NCBI RefSeq assembly: GCF_009914755.1 | Contig: NC_060932.1 | DNA from: the human T2T-CHM13v2.0 reference genome, Homo sapiens | Reading direction: 5' to 3' (one strand) | Length of the DNA: 64,000 nucleotides | Part shown: piece after piece, positions 26,101-39,327 of the stretch | Position numbering within the stretch: position 1 is the stretch's first letter | Layout of the letters: every line of letters begins with the position of its first letter | Made by a program: the position numbers and the translations under genes | Notes under the pieces: model-generated | Told to the model about the DNA's origin: nothing | Seen by the model: only the letters and a program-made list of their open reading frames with translations | Database searches by the model: none

Positions 26101-26650
26101 AGAGGAGTCTTTTCTAATTTAACTGGTATCTAGAAAATACTAGACAGTAAATATTTACTGAACATCAAGTAAATTCTAGACACTTGTGCCAGGTACCAAT
26201 GAATACATATTTAGCAATTATTATTGACTAGAGACTGGGTTAAATATTTTTGAAAAGCAGATACTTAATTTAAATATAATATTATAATGCAGTATAATAA
26301 ATATTGTTATTTTTCATTTATAAATTATGAAACTAAGGGTCATCAAATAAGTTAATATACTAGAACAAAATGGCACTATTTATAAGCATTAACTTATGCT
26401 TTGAAATACTCATTTTTTGGATACTGAGGCTCAATTTATAAAATGCTACTTTGAATATTAAAGAGAAAACATTTAGAAGAGAGGTCCTAGATAAGCCACA
26501 GAATTAAAACAATTTTCATAATAATAAATTGAGAACAGATATAATCATGCTTATAGAAATACAGTTAATGAAGATTTTTTACTTAAATTAAATTTTTAAA
26601 AAACAAAAATAATCTCTTAAGGGTATTTTCCAAGAAAAAAGTTTCAGAGC

Positions 26651-27594
26651 TGTTGTGGGAAGTCAGGGACCCCCAAAGGAGGGACCGGCTGAAGCCATGG
26701 CAAAAGAACATAAATTGTGAAGATTTCATGGACATTTATCACTTCCCCAAACAATACTCTTGTGATTTCTTATGCCTGTCTTTACTTTAATCTCTTAATC
26801 CCATTATCTTCATAAACTGAGGATATATGTCACCTCAGGACCCTGTGATGACTGCGTTAACTGCACAAATTGTTTAAACAATATGAAATCTGGGCACCTA
26901 GAAAAAAGAACAGGATAACAGCGATGTTCAGGGAACAAGGGAGATAACCATTAGGTCTGGCTGCCTATGGGCCAGGCAGGACAGAGCCATATTTCTCTTA
27001 TTACCAAAAACGGGTAAGAGAAATATCGCTGAATTCTTTCCCCAGTAAGGAATATTAATAATTAACAGCCCTGGGAAAAGAATGCATTCCCAGGGCGGGA
27101 CCTCTAAAATGGCCACCCTGGGAGTGTCTGCCTTATGCAGATGTAGATAGGGATGAAACAGGCCCTAGTCTCCTGCAGCACCCCCAGGCTTGCTAGGATT
27201 AGGAAATTCCAGTCTGGGGAATTCTAGTCAGACCTGTTCTCTGCTCTTGAACCCTGACAATACGTGCACAGCAGGACATGGAAGTTCATTAGTGATTCTA
27301 GTTTCGCCCTGACCTTCTGCCTTGTGATCTTTTGTCGCCCTTGAAGCATGTGATCTCTGTGACCCACACCCTATTTGTGCACTCCCTCCCCTTTGAAAAT
27401 TGCTAATAAAAACTTGCTGGTTTTATGGCTCAGGGGGCATCACGGAACCTGCTGACAGGTGATGTCTCCCCTGGACACCCAGCTTTAAAATTTCTCTCTT
27501 TTGTACTCTTTCCCTTTATTTCTCAGACTGGCCAACACTTAGGGAAAATAGAAAAGGACCCACGTTGAATATCGGGGGCTGAATTTCCCCCATA
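26651..27594 (+). mobile_element. MER11 solo LTR (HERV-K HML-8)
   Basis: Starts tgttgtgggaagtcagggaccc, ends ggctgaatttcccccata; AATAAA at 27405-27410; 6-bp TSD cagagc/caaagc with 1 mismatch. Confidence 0.93.
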
Positions 27595-28941
27595 CAAAGC
27601 CCAATAACAAATTTCCTTTCCCATCTTTTATCCTGTTTGTTTTTCCATACAAAAGATGTTAAGGTTCTAAATTAAGACGTGGCAGTGGAAATAATTGTCA
27701 ATAATTTTTAAAAAGTTAAAAATAAAAAAAGAACATTTTTCTTTAGAGAAAAAATTAAAAAATACGAACATACTATTAGTGATTTAAAGGGGTGGTCAGA
27801 AAGCAGATTTTCCTTTTGATAAAGGAAGCCTATTAGGATTAGAGTAATTTAGAGAAACAGAGATTAGTCTGATTTACAGAATCTTAGGAAATTATTACAG
27901 ATGTCATGTTGCCTTCCAACATTAATAGAATAATGCTAAGGACACCTCCAGTCAAGATACGAAAACTTACATTTGTAATCAATTTCCAGTTCTGTTTCCT
28001 TAGCCCCTCTATCACATTTCATCAAAATACACCAGTTACCGTTTTGTTTTAAAGTGGAACATTATCTAGACTTATGAGAAATCCAAGATTTCCAATGCAA
28101 ATTTAATTCACAATTTAACACCTGAGTTATAACCTAAGTCTTTTAACTCCCTAAGTGTAGCAATACTAGGTAACTGGAAAGCTTGGATCCATCTGGAAAG
28201 CTTTTGGGAAACAAAGGATGCAATTCCCTGGAAAAGAAAGATTAGGAATAAAAATATAAAGTCATCATTTTTACAGATTAAATTCCTACATCATTGCTAG
28301 AAGCATTGACTTTAAAAAGAAATGGTGCTTTTCTATACTTTAGGTGAGGAAAGGAGATGTAAAAATTTTCAGATAATTTTAAAAAGGTGTTAAGCTGTTT
28401 GAGAAATTAGATTCAGTACCACTCACATACATAATCTGCAATGCATATTTACTAAATAATTCAAATAGTAAGTGCTATGTACTTTAAGGACGTATTATTT
28501 AAGAATTACTGAATAGAGAGTCAAGAAATAAATGCATGCATATATAGTCATATGATCTTTCACAAAGGTGCCAAGAACACACAATGGGAAAAGAATACCT
28601 CTTCAACAAATGGTGTTGAGAAAACTGGATATCTACATGCAAAGAATCAAACTGGACTCCTAATTTACACCATACACAAAATAAACTCAAAATAGATTAA
28701 AGTCATAAACATAAATCTCTACAAGAAAAAAGTAGAAGAAAGATCTTTGACTTTGGTTTTTGCAGCAATTTTTTTTTTTTTTTTTGGAAAAGCACAGGCA
28801 GAAAAAAGAAAAAGTAGACTAAGCAGCTTCTGCACAGTAAAGGAAATAATCAACAGAGTGAAAACGCAATCTATGGGATGAAAGAAATTATTTGCAACCA
28901 CTTACCTGTAAGGAATTAATACCCAAAATATATAAGAAACT

Positions 28942-29492
28942 TACATTATGATTCTCCAGAGAGAAAGAACTAATAGAATACATGTATATATGAAAGGGAG
29001 TTTATTAAGGAGAATTGACGCACAGGATCACAAAGTGAAGTCCCATGATAGGTCACCTACAAGCTGAGGAGCTAAGAAGCCAGTAGTAGCTCAGTTCGAG
29101 TCTCAAAGCCTTAGAAATAGGGAGGCTGACTGTGCAGCCTTCAGTCTGTGGCCAAAGGCCCAAGGGTCCCCAGCGAACCACTGGTGTAAGTCCAAGAGTC
29201 CGAAGGCTGAGGAACTTGAAGTCCAATGTTCAAGGGCAGGAAGCATCCAGCACAGGAGACAGAGGAAAACCAGAAGACTCAGCAAGGTGGCATATTTCAC
29301 CTTCTTCCACCTGCTCTTTCTAGCCATGCTGGCAGCCAATTGGATGGTGCCCACTCACACTGAGGGTGGGTTTTCCTCTGCCAGTCTACTGACTCAAATG
29401 TTAATCTTTTCTGGCAACACCCTCAGAGACACACCCAGGAACAATACTTTGCATCTGTCAGTCCAATCAAGTTGACAATATTAACCATCACA
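28942..29492 (-). mobile_element. MLT2A (MLT2A2-like) ERVL solo LTR
   Basis: gggagtttattaaggagaattgac...gggcaggaagcatccagcac...caatcaagttgacaatattaaccatcaca; 5-bp TSD AAACT at 28937-28941 and 29493-29497. Confidence 0.92.
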
Positions 29493-29572
29493 AAACTCCT
29501 ATAATTCAACAGCACACAAAAACACACAAATAATAAAAAAATTTTTTTAAATGATTAAAAATTGGGCAAAGA

Positions 29573-29700
29573 GGCTGGGCATTGTAGCTTATGCCTATAT
29601 CCCCAGCACTTTGGGAGGAGGAAGCAGGAGGATTGCTTGAATCCAGGAATGCCGGACTGGCCTGAGCAACATAGCGAGGCCTCCGTGTCTATTTTCTTTA
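29573..29700 (+). mobile_element. FLAM (free left Alu monomer)
   Basis: ggctgggcattgtagct...gcaggaggattgcttga...gcaacatagcgagg; single arm. Confidence 0.85.
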
Positions 29701-31096
29701 AAATGAATGAAGGACTTGAATAAATGTTTCTCTGAAGAAGATATTCAAATGGCCACCAGGCCATTAATCAGAGAAATACACATTAAAACCACAATGAGAT
29801 ATCACCTCACTTCTTCTAATCAGAGAAATACACATTAAAACCACAATGAGATATCACCTCACTTCTTCTAGGATGGCTACTGGAAAAAAAAAAGATACAA
29901 AAAAGATGATTGGTGAGGATGTGGAGATATTGGAAATCTTTTACACTTCAGTGGAAATGTAAAATGATGAAGCCACTGCAGTGAACAGCAAGGAGGTTCT
30001 TCAATAATTTAAAAATAGAACTTCCATATGATACAGTGATTACCCTTCTGGGTATATGTCCAAAGAAATAAAACTAAGATCTTAGAAAGATACACACACT
30101 CCTATGTTCATTGCAGCATTACTCACAGTAGCCAAGTTATAGAAACAACCCAAATATCCATTACTTATGAATGGATAAAGAAAATGTGGTATATAAGTAA
30201 AATAGAATTGGGAAATTCTACCGTTTACAATATTATGGATGAACCATTTTGTTAAGTAGCATAAGCCAGTCACAGGAGAACAAATACCGCATGATACACT
30301 TAACACGAGGTATCTAAAGTAGTCAAATTCTTAGAAGCAGAGAATAGAATGGGGTTGCCAGGTGCAGGAGGAAAGAAAAAATGGGGGGTTGTTGCTCCAT
30401 GGGTATTAAGTTCCAGTTATGAAAGATGAATAAATTTCAAAGATCTGCTGTACAACATAGTGCCTACAATGAAGTATTGTACTTTTAAAAAATTCTTAAA
30501 AGAGTAGATTTCATGTTAAATGATCTTACAAAAAAAACAAAAGGACACAAGGAGACTTTTGAAGATGATGGATACGCTTATTTTCTTTACTGCAGTGATG
30601 ATATCAAGGATGTATGCACATGTTCATATTCATGATATTGTACATATTAAACATGCAGATTTGTTATATATCAATTATACTTCAATAAATATGTAAAAAG
30701 GAATATTGAGAATGAGTTTTTTAGTAATTCTCTTTGTAGAAAATATACTTGAAAATAGATGCATATTGTTTTTGAATATTCTTTTAAATTTAATTATTAA
30801 AGCATTCATGGTCAATTAGGCTTTGGTTGATATTGCAAGGCCCCGTGGTTTGCCTCTTAACAGCCATATGATTTTTTCTCAGTTACAACTAAAAGAAGAG
30901 AAGCAGCATCTGTGTGCTTTGCGAATTTGTGAAATGTTGACTTTAAGGGATAAGAAGATTTTAGTCATGTCAGTATATTGAGTTGACTGAATAAAAAATA
31001 TGATATTTATCTGGATGTTTCACCTTTACTGGGTTATATGCCCTTAATGGCTTTGGTCTTTGCTTTTTGTTTTGTTTTAACTAATGCAATAGTATT

Positions 31097-31142
31097 AGAG
31101 AGAGAGAGAGAGTCAGAGAAAGAGAGAAAATGAGATAGAGAC
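31097..31142 (+). repeat. (GA)n microsatellite
   Basis: agagagagagagagagtcagagaaagagaga. Confidence 0.8.
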
Positions 31143-32561
31143 AGTGATGGAGAATCTAAGTTTGTGGAGAGGTTGTGTGAGACTTTGTTTTTCTAAAGCC
31201 ATAACTAGAGTTGGATGTCGGGAGTAGAATCAAATATTGTAATATGTCCTTCTTGATCCTGATAACGATGGGAAGCAAATAATTGAGGGATGTGAGAAGA
31301 AAATTAGAAAAAGTCAAGGTTCTCAATAAACAGAAAACTTTTGTGAAATCTTAACAGTTATATTTCTTTCAAAAAATTAAACCTTAAGTATACATTCATG
31401 TGGTATAAAATTCTAAACCTAAAAGTAACAGTGAGTATGTCAAATTTGGTAAATTATTTTTTGAAACAATTGTGTAGAATCTATGATTTCACTATGTCAC
31501 TTTAATTTGTAAATGTCTTATGTGTTAATAAAAAAATCCTTTTGAACTTATTTCCATAATAATGAGATCCATGATTTTCTCTTATCATAGTATGTAAATT
31601 GCATTGTATCCTTATTGTCATAAACTTCTCTAGTCTCACCTTCCTTCTCTGCTTATAAAGTATAAAATTGGATTCCTTCATATTAAAAATAAATTTTATT
31701 GACCTTAAATAGTGAATATTAATCACTTGTGTGCAGCTCTTGGCATCCAAAATTTAAGGTCCAGTGAAGTGAGTTACACTGTCATGGCATTATTAATTAG
31801 TCCATTCTCTCGCTCATTATTTATCATGGCCCAAAGCTGTTTTGATCCTCAACTATTCTACCATAGCTGAATAGTTTGGCTAATTTGGGCATGAACTAAA
31901 CACCTGAAAATGGTTTGCATTTGTTTCTGAAAGAGAAAAGAGATTCGACTTTAATACATTTTTTTCTGAATAGTCTCAAATTTAAAGAACAAGAATACAT
32001 TTGGTTGATTCATGCCTTTGCTCCAGTTCTCTAAGCACTATTTAGAGCTATTTTAGTTAGAAGAGATACCCCTTCATTATAGTACGTCTTTATGTGTCTA
32101 TTTTATTTTCCATTTATCAAAAAAAGGATATGGAATGGATGATATATAAGGTGTTTTGAACCCCCAATGTTCTACAATTACAGCAATCTCAAAATATATA
32201 CTTTTATCCTATGACATTAACCAATCTGTGGACAAAAAAAGGAAGCAAAAATGACATTTTGTATTGCTATAGAAAGCTCCAGGTATATATTTCACCCACA
32301 ATAAAATCTTATACTAAATTTATTAACTATCAGGAAAATAGTCTGTGTTGTTAATTATTGTAGGTTCTGTGTGACAAAAATAAAATATTTTGCTGCAAGA
32401 CAGTTTCCAATTACAGTTTTCTTATTGTTCAACAGCTGACAAAAATCCAAGCTCTAGAAAATCATATCGACAACAAATACAAACCAATCTTGTGTGTGTG
32501 TTGAGCTTACAGGGTCCAAAGATATATGAAATTACAGTCTAACTCCTTTCAGAACCTGTTC

Positions 32562-32647
32562 TTTTTTTTTGAGATGGAGTCTTGCTCTGTGGCCCAGGCT
32601 GGAGTGCAGGGGCAAGATCTCGGCTCACTGCAAGCTCTGCCTCCCAG
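32562..32647 (-). mobile_element. Severely 5'-truncated AluY
   Basis: T-tail plus ~77 bp of right arm with ctgcaagctc; TSD cagaacctgttc(ttttt) starting at 32550 and 32648. Confidence 0.9.
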
Positions 32648-35600
32648 CAGAACCTGTTCTTTTTAGCATTAACCATTTTCCTAATTCCAGCTCTTTCTCA
32701 AAAGAAAACAATTTACCTATGTTTTATACTAAGGGGGAAGGAAGAAACATTATGATATAGGATGGGTTCCAAAATATTTTTATTGCAACATTTGACTTGA
32801 AACAGTTCTTCCCCTTTTTTTCTCTCAAACACATAGCATATTTTTAGATATCACTTATGATGACTGATTAATGATCTAGGCTTCACTAAAAATATAACTT
32901 TGTTTCTACATATCCAGCAACAAAAGATTGGTACACAAATACTAATAAATTATTGATTTTATGTATAATATAGTGCATGATTTCTCAACATGGACTTTAC
33001 TTTAGAACTACCTAAATAGATTTAAACTTAAAATACTGATTTCTACTATATAACAAGACTAAATTAGGAACTCTGGGGGAGTAGTGCTTAGTATCCCAAC
33101 ATAGAGCCTGATTTCAGAACCATTAAACTAAAATAAAGGTGTGAAACTTTCTAATGTAATTTAAGTTATTTCACCAATCTTTTTTAATAGATAAAGAGAT
33201 GCAGTTGGCAGCCTGTAACATAGCTTACTCATGAAGCTACTATAAGACTTAAAACGCAATGTGTAAAATAAATGTTTTTCCAATTGCAATGCAAGACAAC
33301 CTAAGAAGGTAATAACTGTAATTCATTTATTGAAATGTGTTTGAACAAATTGTTATATTTTAACTGATTAACTGTGGATATGACAATCAAAACCACAACC
33401 TCTATTAGCGTTAAACTTGTAAAATGTGGTATTTTTATCAATTACTTCTTAAATTCCTATTAGCTTGGTCTCTGTGATCCCATTAGCTTGGTCTTTCTCT
33501 TCCCCAATTTCTTGAAACTAATCTGATGGTAACATCTAGACAGAAATATTATTATAAACTGGCATTATGAGCTATTATTATGGTTAAGTCATATTACTCT
33601 CCCATTGAAGGTAAACAACCTCACAGTTGTTCAAAGGCATGAAAAACACAAAATGCCACATATCCCTCTTTTATCTGTAACAGCTGTTTTCTCCCTATCT
33701 TTCATTTCCTAGGTGAGGACTAAAAAAAGTTTGTGTGTACAATATATTTTAATAAATAATTGATATTATAAATTATTGTAATTAAAAATTAATTAGATTT
33801 AACTTCTCAGTGTCCTTTAGCCATATCCATCATGACAGCATTTTTCATCACCTCTGTCTTTAGTCTCAACCTATTTTTAGGATTCTTTAAACTCCACTCT
33901 AAATATCAGAATACTTTTTTTCTCTTATAACCTTTCTTCTCCTCTGTCTCAGGCTCCTGAAACACATGTTATATGTTTATTTGAGGTTGAATTATAAATT
34001 CTCAAGATTAAAATAAATTCTCCCGTGGCATGCCTTTCCTTACTGAAATAGCCTTCTACCCCAAGTAACATTCTAGTTAAAAGAACTTATATTTGTCTTA
34101 CTTTTAAAAATCATAGATACATGAGAATAAATAACTACTAATTTGACATACATCTCCAATTTCACCCAAATTAATTCTTCCTAGGGGAAAAATAGTCCAT
34201 CACCTTAACTAAGTAAAGCCCTTTCACATTTGCATTGATTGTCTGAAATAAATTTTTGAATGTTACAGATATACAGCTGAATCCTACTGTTCAGTATTGA
34301 ATGTTTAAGAATATTCAAATCTATTCTAATAAATAGACAGTAAAATAAACATATGCTATGAAGTTGATTTGAGATGTGCCAAATTGCTACTCTTTGGGAA
34401 TATTTTCTGAGGGAAGTTTTATTTTGGTGCTGGAAATGTTACACCAAATGTCAGCCATGCAACTATGAAAAGTGGTTGTTCACTTCACTGGGGATTTTAC
34501 TATTAATAGTATACATTTTGAAACTTGTAGGGGAAAAAAATTAAAGATGGAGCAGAATCAAGTTTTGAAAAAAATCAATGTTATGGAGTTCTGAAAGGAA
34601 TAAAGTGGACAGCAATAAATTTTGTGTTCTAGTATTCAGTTTTCTAGGTGTAATATCTTTAACTCCTCCATATTATAACTATAGGGTCTGCATTTCCAAA
34701 GGTAGAAATCATATTCAAGCTGAGCTCACTATTATTTTCGCTCAGGATTTTTATTTCTACTTAAACAAAGAAAGAAAAAATGTTTCTCGTGTTGAACGCT
34801 TACAATGCATAGGCAGTCACGTTTCCTGCTTTGTGAACCAGAGAAATAACAGAGCATCTAGAAAAAGAGAAACTCTTGAAAGAACACATAAATATGCACT
34901 GAAAGTTCTGATGGCTTGAATGGATCAATGTCATTTGAGTTATTTTACTTTTTGTTTGAACATGGTTATATCTTAATGACTCATGATAATTTTAAAACAA
35001 CTTTTTGAAAAATAAGTTTGAATTAGATGTCTATCACTTGCAACCAAATATCTTAATTACTAAAGGAGAGTTATAGTTTTAATATTTTTGGATTAATATT
35101 CTGCTGGCTATTATGGTCTTTGAATGAAAGACCATATGTATTTTATTACATAAAAATACACATTGAAACATTTTTAAGGAGCCAACATTTTTCTTAGAAA
35201 ATAAAGACATGAGTTGATCCTAATTTTTTAAGGAAGACAATCACATTCAAAATCTCTATGTAATCGCTTTGGTAGAGCAAATGGGAACTGATCAGATTGG
35301 CATATATGATAGGAGGATGTGTATAGTAACTTCACATAACACTAATGTGTGTAAGATATTTTCACATATTCTATGACAATTTAATTATTCCAAAAACCTT
35401 GAGCTATTCTTTATTCCATTTTACAATTAAGATAACTAAGTCCCTAAAACATTAATTATACCAGCATTGAAAAACTAACATGAGACAAAAATCAAATTTT
35501 AAGTAAATGAATTAGCATTAAATCACTGACTTTGTCATAATCATAATAATTTTAACCAATTATAGAATATAATGACAGATCTCAATGTGTAATAGAGGAA

Positions 35601-35654
35601 TAAGATATGAGTATAAAAAGGAAAGTGCACAATATAATAAAATACTTGGCTAAT

Positions 35655-35870
35655 AATAATGTTTATCATTGTTGTCTATCATTCATTCAATATAAACGAT
35701 ATACAAAGCACACCGCTAAGTGTTTTACATTAATTAACTCATTTAATCATAAAACAACTGTATCATCTCAGCTTTACATATGGAGAAACCAATATTTAGA
35801 AATATTAAATACTGTACCAAATGTTTACCCTAAAATAGAGGATTTGAAATTTAATCACGTTTCTAATGTA
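35655..35870 (-). mobile_element. MIR (degenerate)
   Basis: ctaagtgttttacattaattaactcatttaatcat...tttacatatggagaaac. Confidence 0.6.
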
Positions 35871-36024
35871 TTAACCTGAGAACTAAACCAAAATTACATG
35901 TAAAAAAGCAAAATATATGTATTAATGCCTGTGATGCAATGTGAGGATAACAACCTATATGTCATAAAGACAGATGCGAATACATAAACTAAACGTAGCT
36001 GGTTCATATTTGCATGCACTGAAC

Positions 36025-36205
36025 CAAGTATTTAAATGCATGATTGCAGGTAATTCTCATAACTACCAATACTGTACTTACATAAGTACTGTTAGGAGTA
36101 CTATTTTACAGATGAATAAACTGCATTTAAAGGAGATTAAATAATTTACTCATGATTACATATAGCAGATAAAAAAACAAACATTTAAATCTAGAATTTC
36201 AGACT
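36025..36205 (-). mobile_element. MIR (degenerate)
   Basis: attttacagatgaataaactgcatttaaaggagattaaataatttactcatgattaca. Confidence 0.6.
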
Positions 36206-36379
36206 TTAGAAACTAACTGATCTGTGCATGAAAAATGCTGAATAGCATCCTATAATATGGCAGAATTTAGATTTATTCTAATGACTTTCTTTGAAATACT
36301 GATTAAGAGAAATGTGAAAGTCATATACAAGATTTAATAGAATTGCTATTGTGGTCAAACTCAGTAATTTTCATTTATA

Positions 36380-36530
36380 TATTTATTAATTAAACCAATA
36401 TTAACTAAGTACCAACTATCTTTCAGACATTAATCTTGGTATTGGGATTATAAGTGATAAAAAGAGAGACAAGGTCTCTGCCTACATGGAACTGATATTC
36501 TACTAAGGGAAAATCAATAATAAAGGAGAA
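36380..36530 (-). mobile_element. L2 3' fragment
   Basis: taagtaccaactat...agacaaggtctctgcctacatggaactgatattcta. Confidence 0.6.
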
Positions 36531-39017
36531 ACTAAAAAAAATTACATTCAGTTATTAATAATAACAAAGCAAGAAGAATTTATAATTCATATAATTTATA
36601 ATAACAAAGCAAGAAGAATAATAACTGTTGCCTAAGAATTTAGGCAACAGTTATTAATCATTTGGAATACAAAATAGAAGTGGAAAAAATTACAGAATAA
36701 TTTAGATATAGACATTGAAAAGGACTTTTTTACAGATCAATTTTGGTGGTAAAGTAAGGTGTTTATCAAGGATTTCCTACTTCCTACACTTTTATCTGTA
36801 CTTAATATTTACAAATCAACATACTGCTACTTTTGATTGTTTTAACTCATTTGTTATCTGAAAATAGTTGCTATTGTTGAATCCACAAGCTAATTCTTTC
36901 CATTTGAAAAACAGAGGTAGAATAGTCTTAATATATAATGTAACTGAGAATGGATAACATTTCAGGTCAAAAATTAACCTTGTAAGGAAAACATCAATAA
37001 ATTATCCTGAAGCTGAAATTATAAAGGCGGAACTTCCGTTGTCCCTATCAGCAGTTTGTGTAATACAAAGTATTACATGAAGTAAGCCTTGCACATCGGT
37101 TTTGTCTATCATACTGTATTCTTTTGAAATATTTTGTTTTTCTTGTGAAATTGAGTGAATATGAGACATCAACAAAGGTATCTCAGTAAATGTATCTCTG
37201 TAGACCAGGAGACTGCATGAATTACTTGTTAAAAATAAGCAAGTGTTTGTATGTTTTTATTTTTTTAATATAGAAAGTTAATTTCACAATTTAATAACAT
37301 TTTCTCACAAATATTAATGTAAGCTTACAACCTTGGCTTTTGAAAGAGATAATGAACCATATTATTAACACTGCCTTAGTATTATCAAAAAATCAAATAG
37401 TAAATATATTTAGACAATAAAAGTTCAGAAAACAAATGTTAAGGACAAGGACAGTTTTTAAAACAAAAGAACACTTTCTGAATATTCTGAAAGCAATTTG
37501 TTAGTATGCTTTATACTTCGCCACAACTGGAAACCTATAGATTGCTGCAGGAAATAAATTGAACATACAAAGAGCTATTATATGCTTTGTAAAGTTGTTT
37601 ACTACAGTTTGATTTAGCTCAGGTGTCTCTCTAATTATATTATTGACATTCACAGTATTCAATATCTTTCAGTATGCTCTTTCAATGAGACAGGACCCTC
37701 ATTCAAGGTTAGTAAGCTAAGTTGCAAATGCTCTCAGTGAATTAAGACTTTTAAGATATGCTCATTTACTAGTCCATTATTTGATTACTTGTGGTGCTTT
37801 TCCTCCCAAACAGCATATTAAGCAGAAGAATATTGTTAAATATATGAAAATACGAAACTTTAATCATTGTATATGAAGGGAAAAAGACATGAACTTCTTA
37901 TCTCATTGATTCTAATACATTTAATATCTATGAAGTGGGGGTGCATATTATAATTGCTGTTGACTAGGCAGTAGGACTAGCATTTACCATAGTTTTCATT
38001 GTCTTTATGCTCACACTCAAGCTTGCAAATCATTGTGAGCTGCTGTTTGTAAGATAATCCTGAAGATAACAACACAGCCACACTTTGAGAAATGTTGCAT
38101 CACCAACATTACTGATGACGTTGAAGGCAACATACTGAGAAACAACATTAATATCCATTACATGAATTGAAAGGTGACTCAGAGAGGTTGGGCTCTCAAT
38201 ATGCAGAAGACCTAGGAAGACCTTAATTACCTGTTTTACATACATCCCAGAGTGACACATAATAATTTCTTAAAACAAGTCTAAAAAGTCTAAAATAAAA
38301 TTTCACATGGGAAGAGAACAGTGTTTTGTATTTTACTGATGGTGTTTTAAAAAATTTATTTGGTGGTATATACTATTATAGTGTGTTTTATGATTGCTTG
38401 TGTATTAGATAGAAGGAAATATGATATTTGATGTAATAAAGTTTTCCTCCTTCTTTCTTTCCTTTCCTCCATCTGGCAGAGCATATAGCCATGTAAATAC
38501 AAACTCCGGTATTAAATTAAAAACACACTAGAAAACTCCATCAATATTTCCTTCTCGGTTAATTTATTTCATCATATTTATTCGTTATATCACACTCCTG
38601 TTGGAAGAATAGTATTTTAGTTCTACTCTAAGGACTGTGATCAAATACAGAATCAGTCTTTGTTCAATTTTTAAAACAGTAAAAAAAAATCAGAAAAATA
38701 GAAACATTTGCTTTAAGTTTATTTCAGTTTTTATGCGTATATTTACTTTTAAAATTAGTTTCTATAATTTAATATAAAATTATTATTGCAGAGGTAAAGA
38801 TAAATTTAATTCTCTAATTAAATTTTACAGAATAGTCATACTTTTATCTCTGAGTAATCTGCTTTTTCCCTTCCTATTTTCTTATATTTAATTAGATATT
38901 TAAAAATTTTTTGAAATAACTAGAAGGACAAAAGCAAGGGAAATACTAGCATTCTGAATTATTTAATTATGAAAGGTAATATAGATTATGGTGTCACTCT
39001 TATGAAAATTCAAACAT

Positions 39018-39327
<310 letters not shown>

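Larger units (their letters stand above)
28500..30697 (+). mobile_element. L1MA9/L1MB1-like 3' portion interrupted by MLT2A and FLAM
   Basis: caaaggtgccaagaacacacaatgggaaaaga; tatgttcattgcagcattactcacagtagccaag; terminus tcaattatacttcaataaa. Confidence 0.85.

Noticed and set aside
34578-34919. 113-aa ORF in unique sequence
   Set aside because: No recognisable domain or convincing splice context; length is compatible with chance in 64 kb
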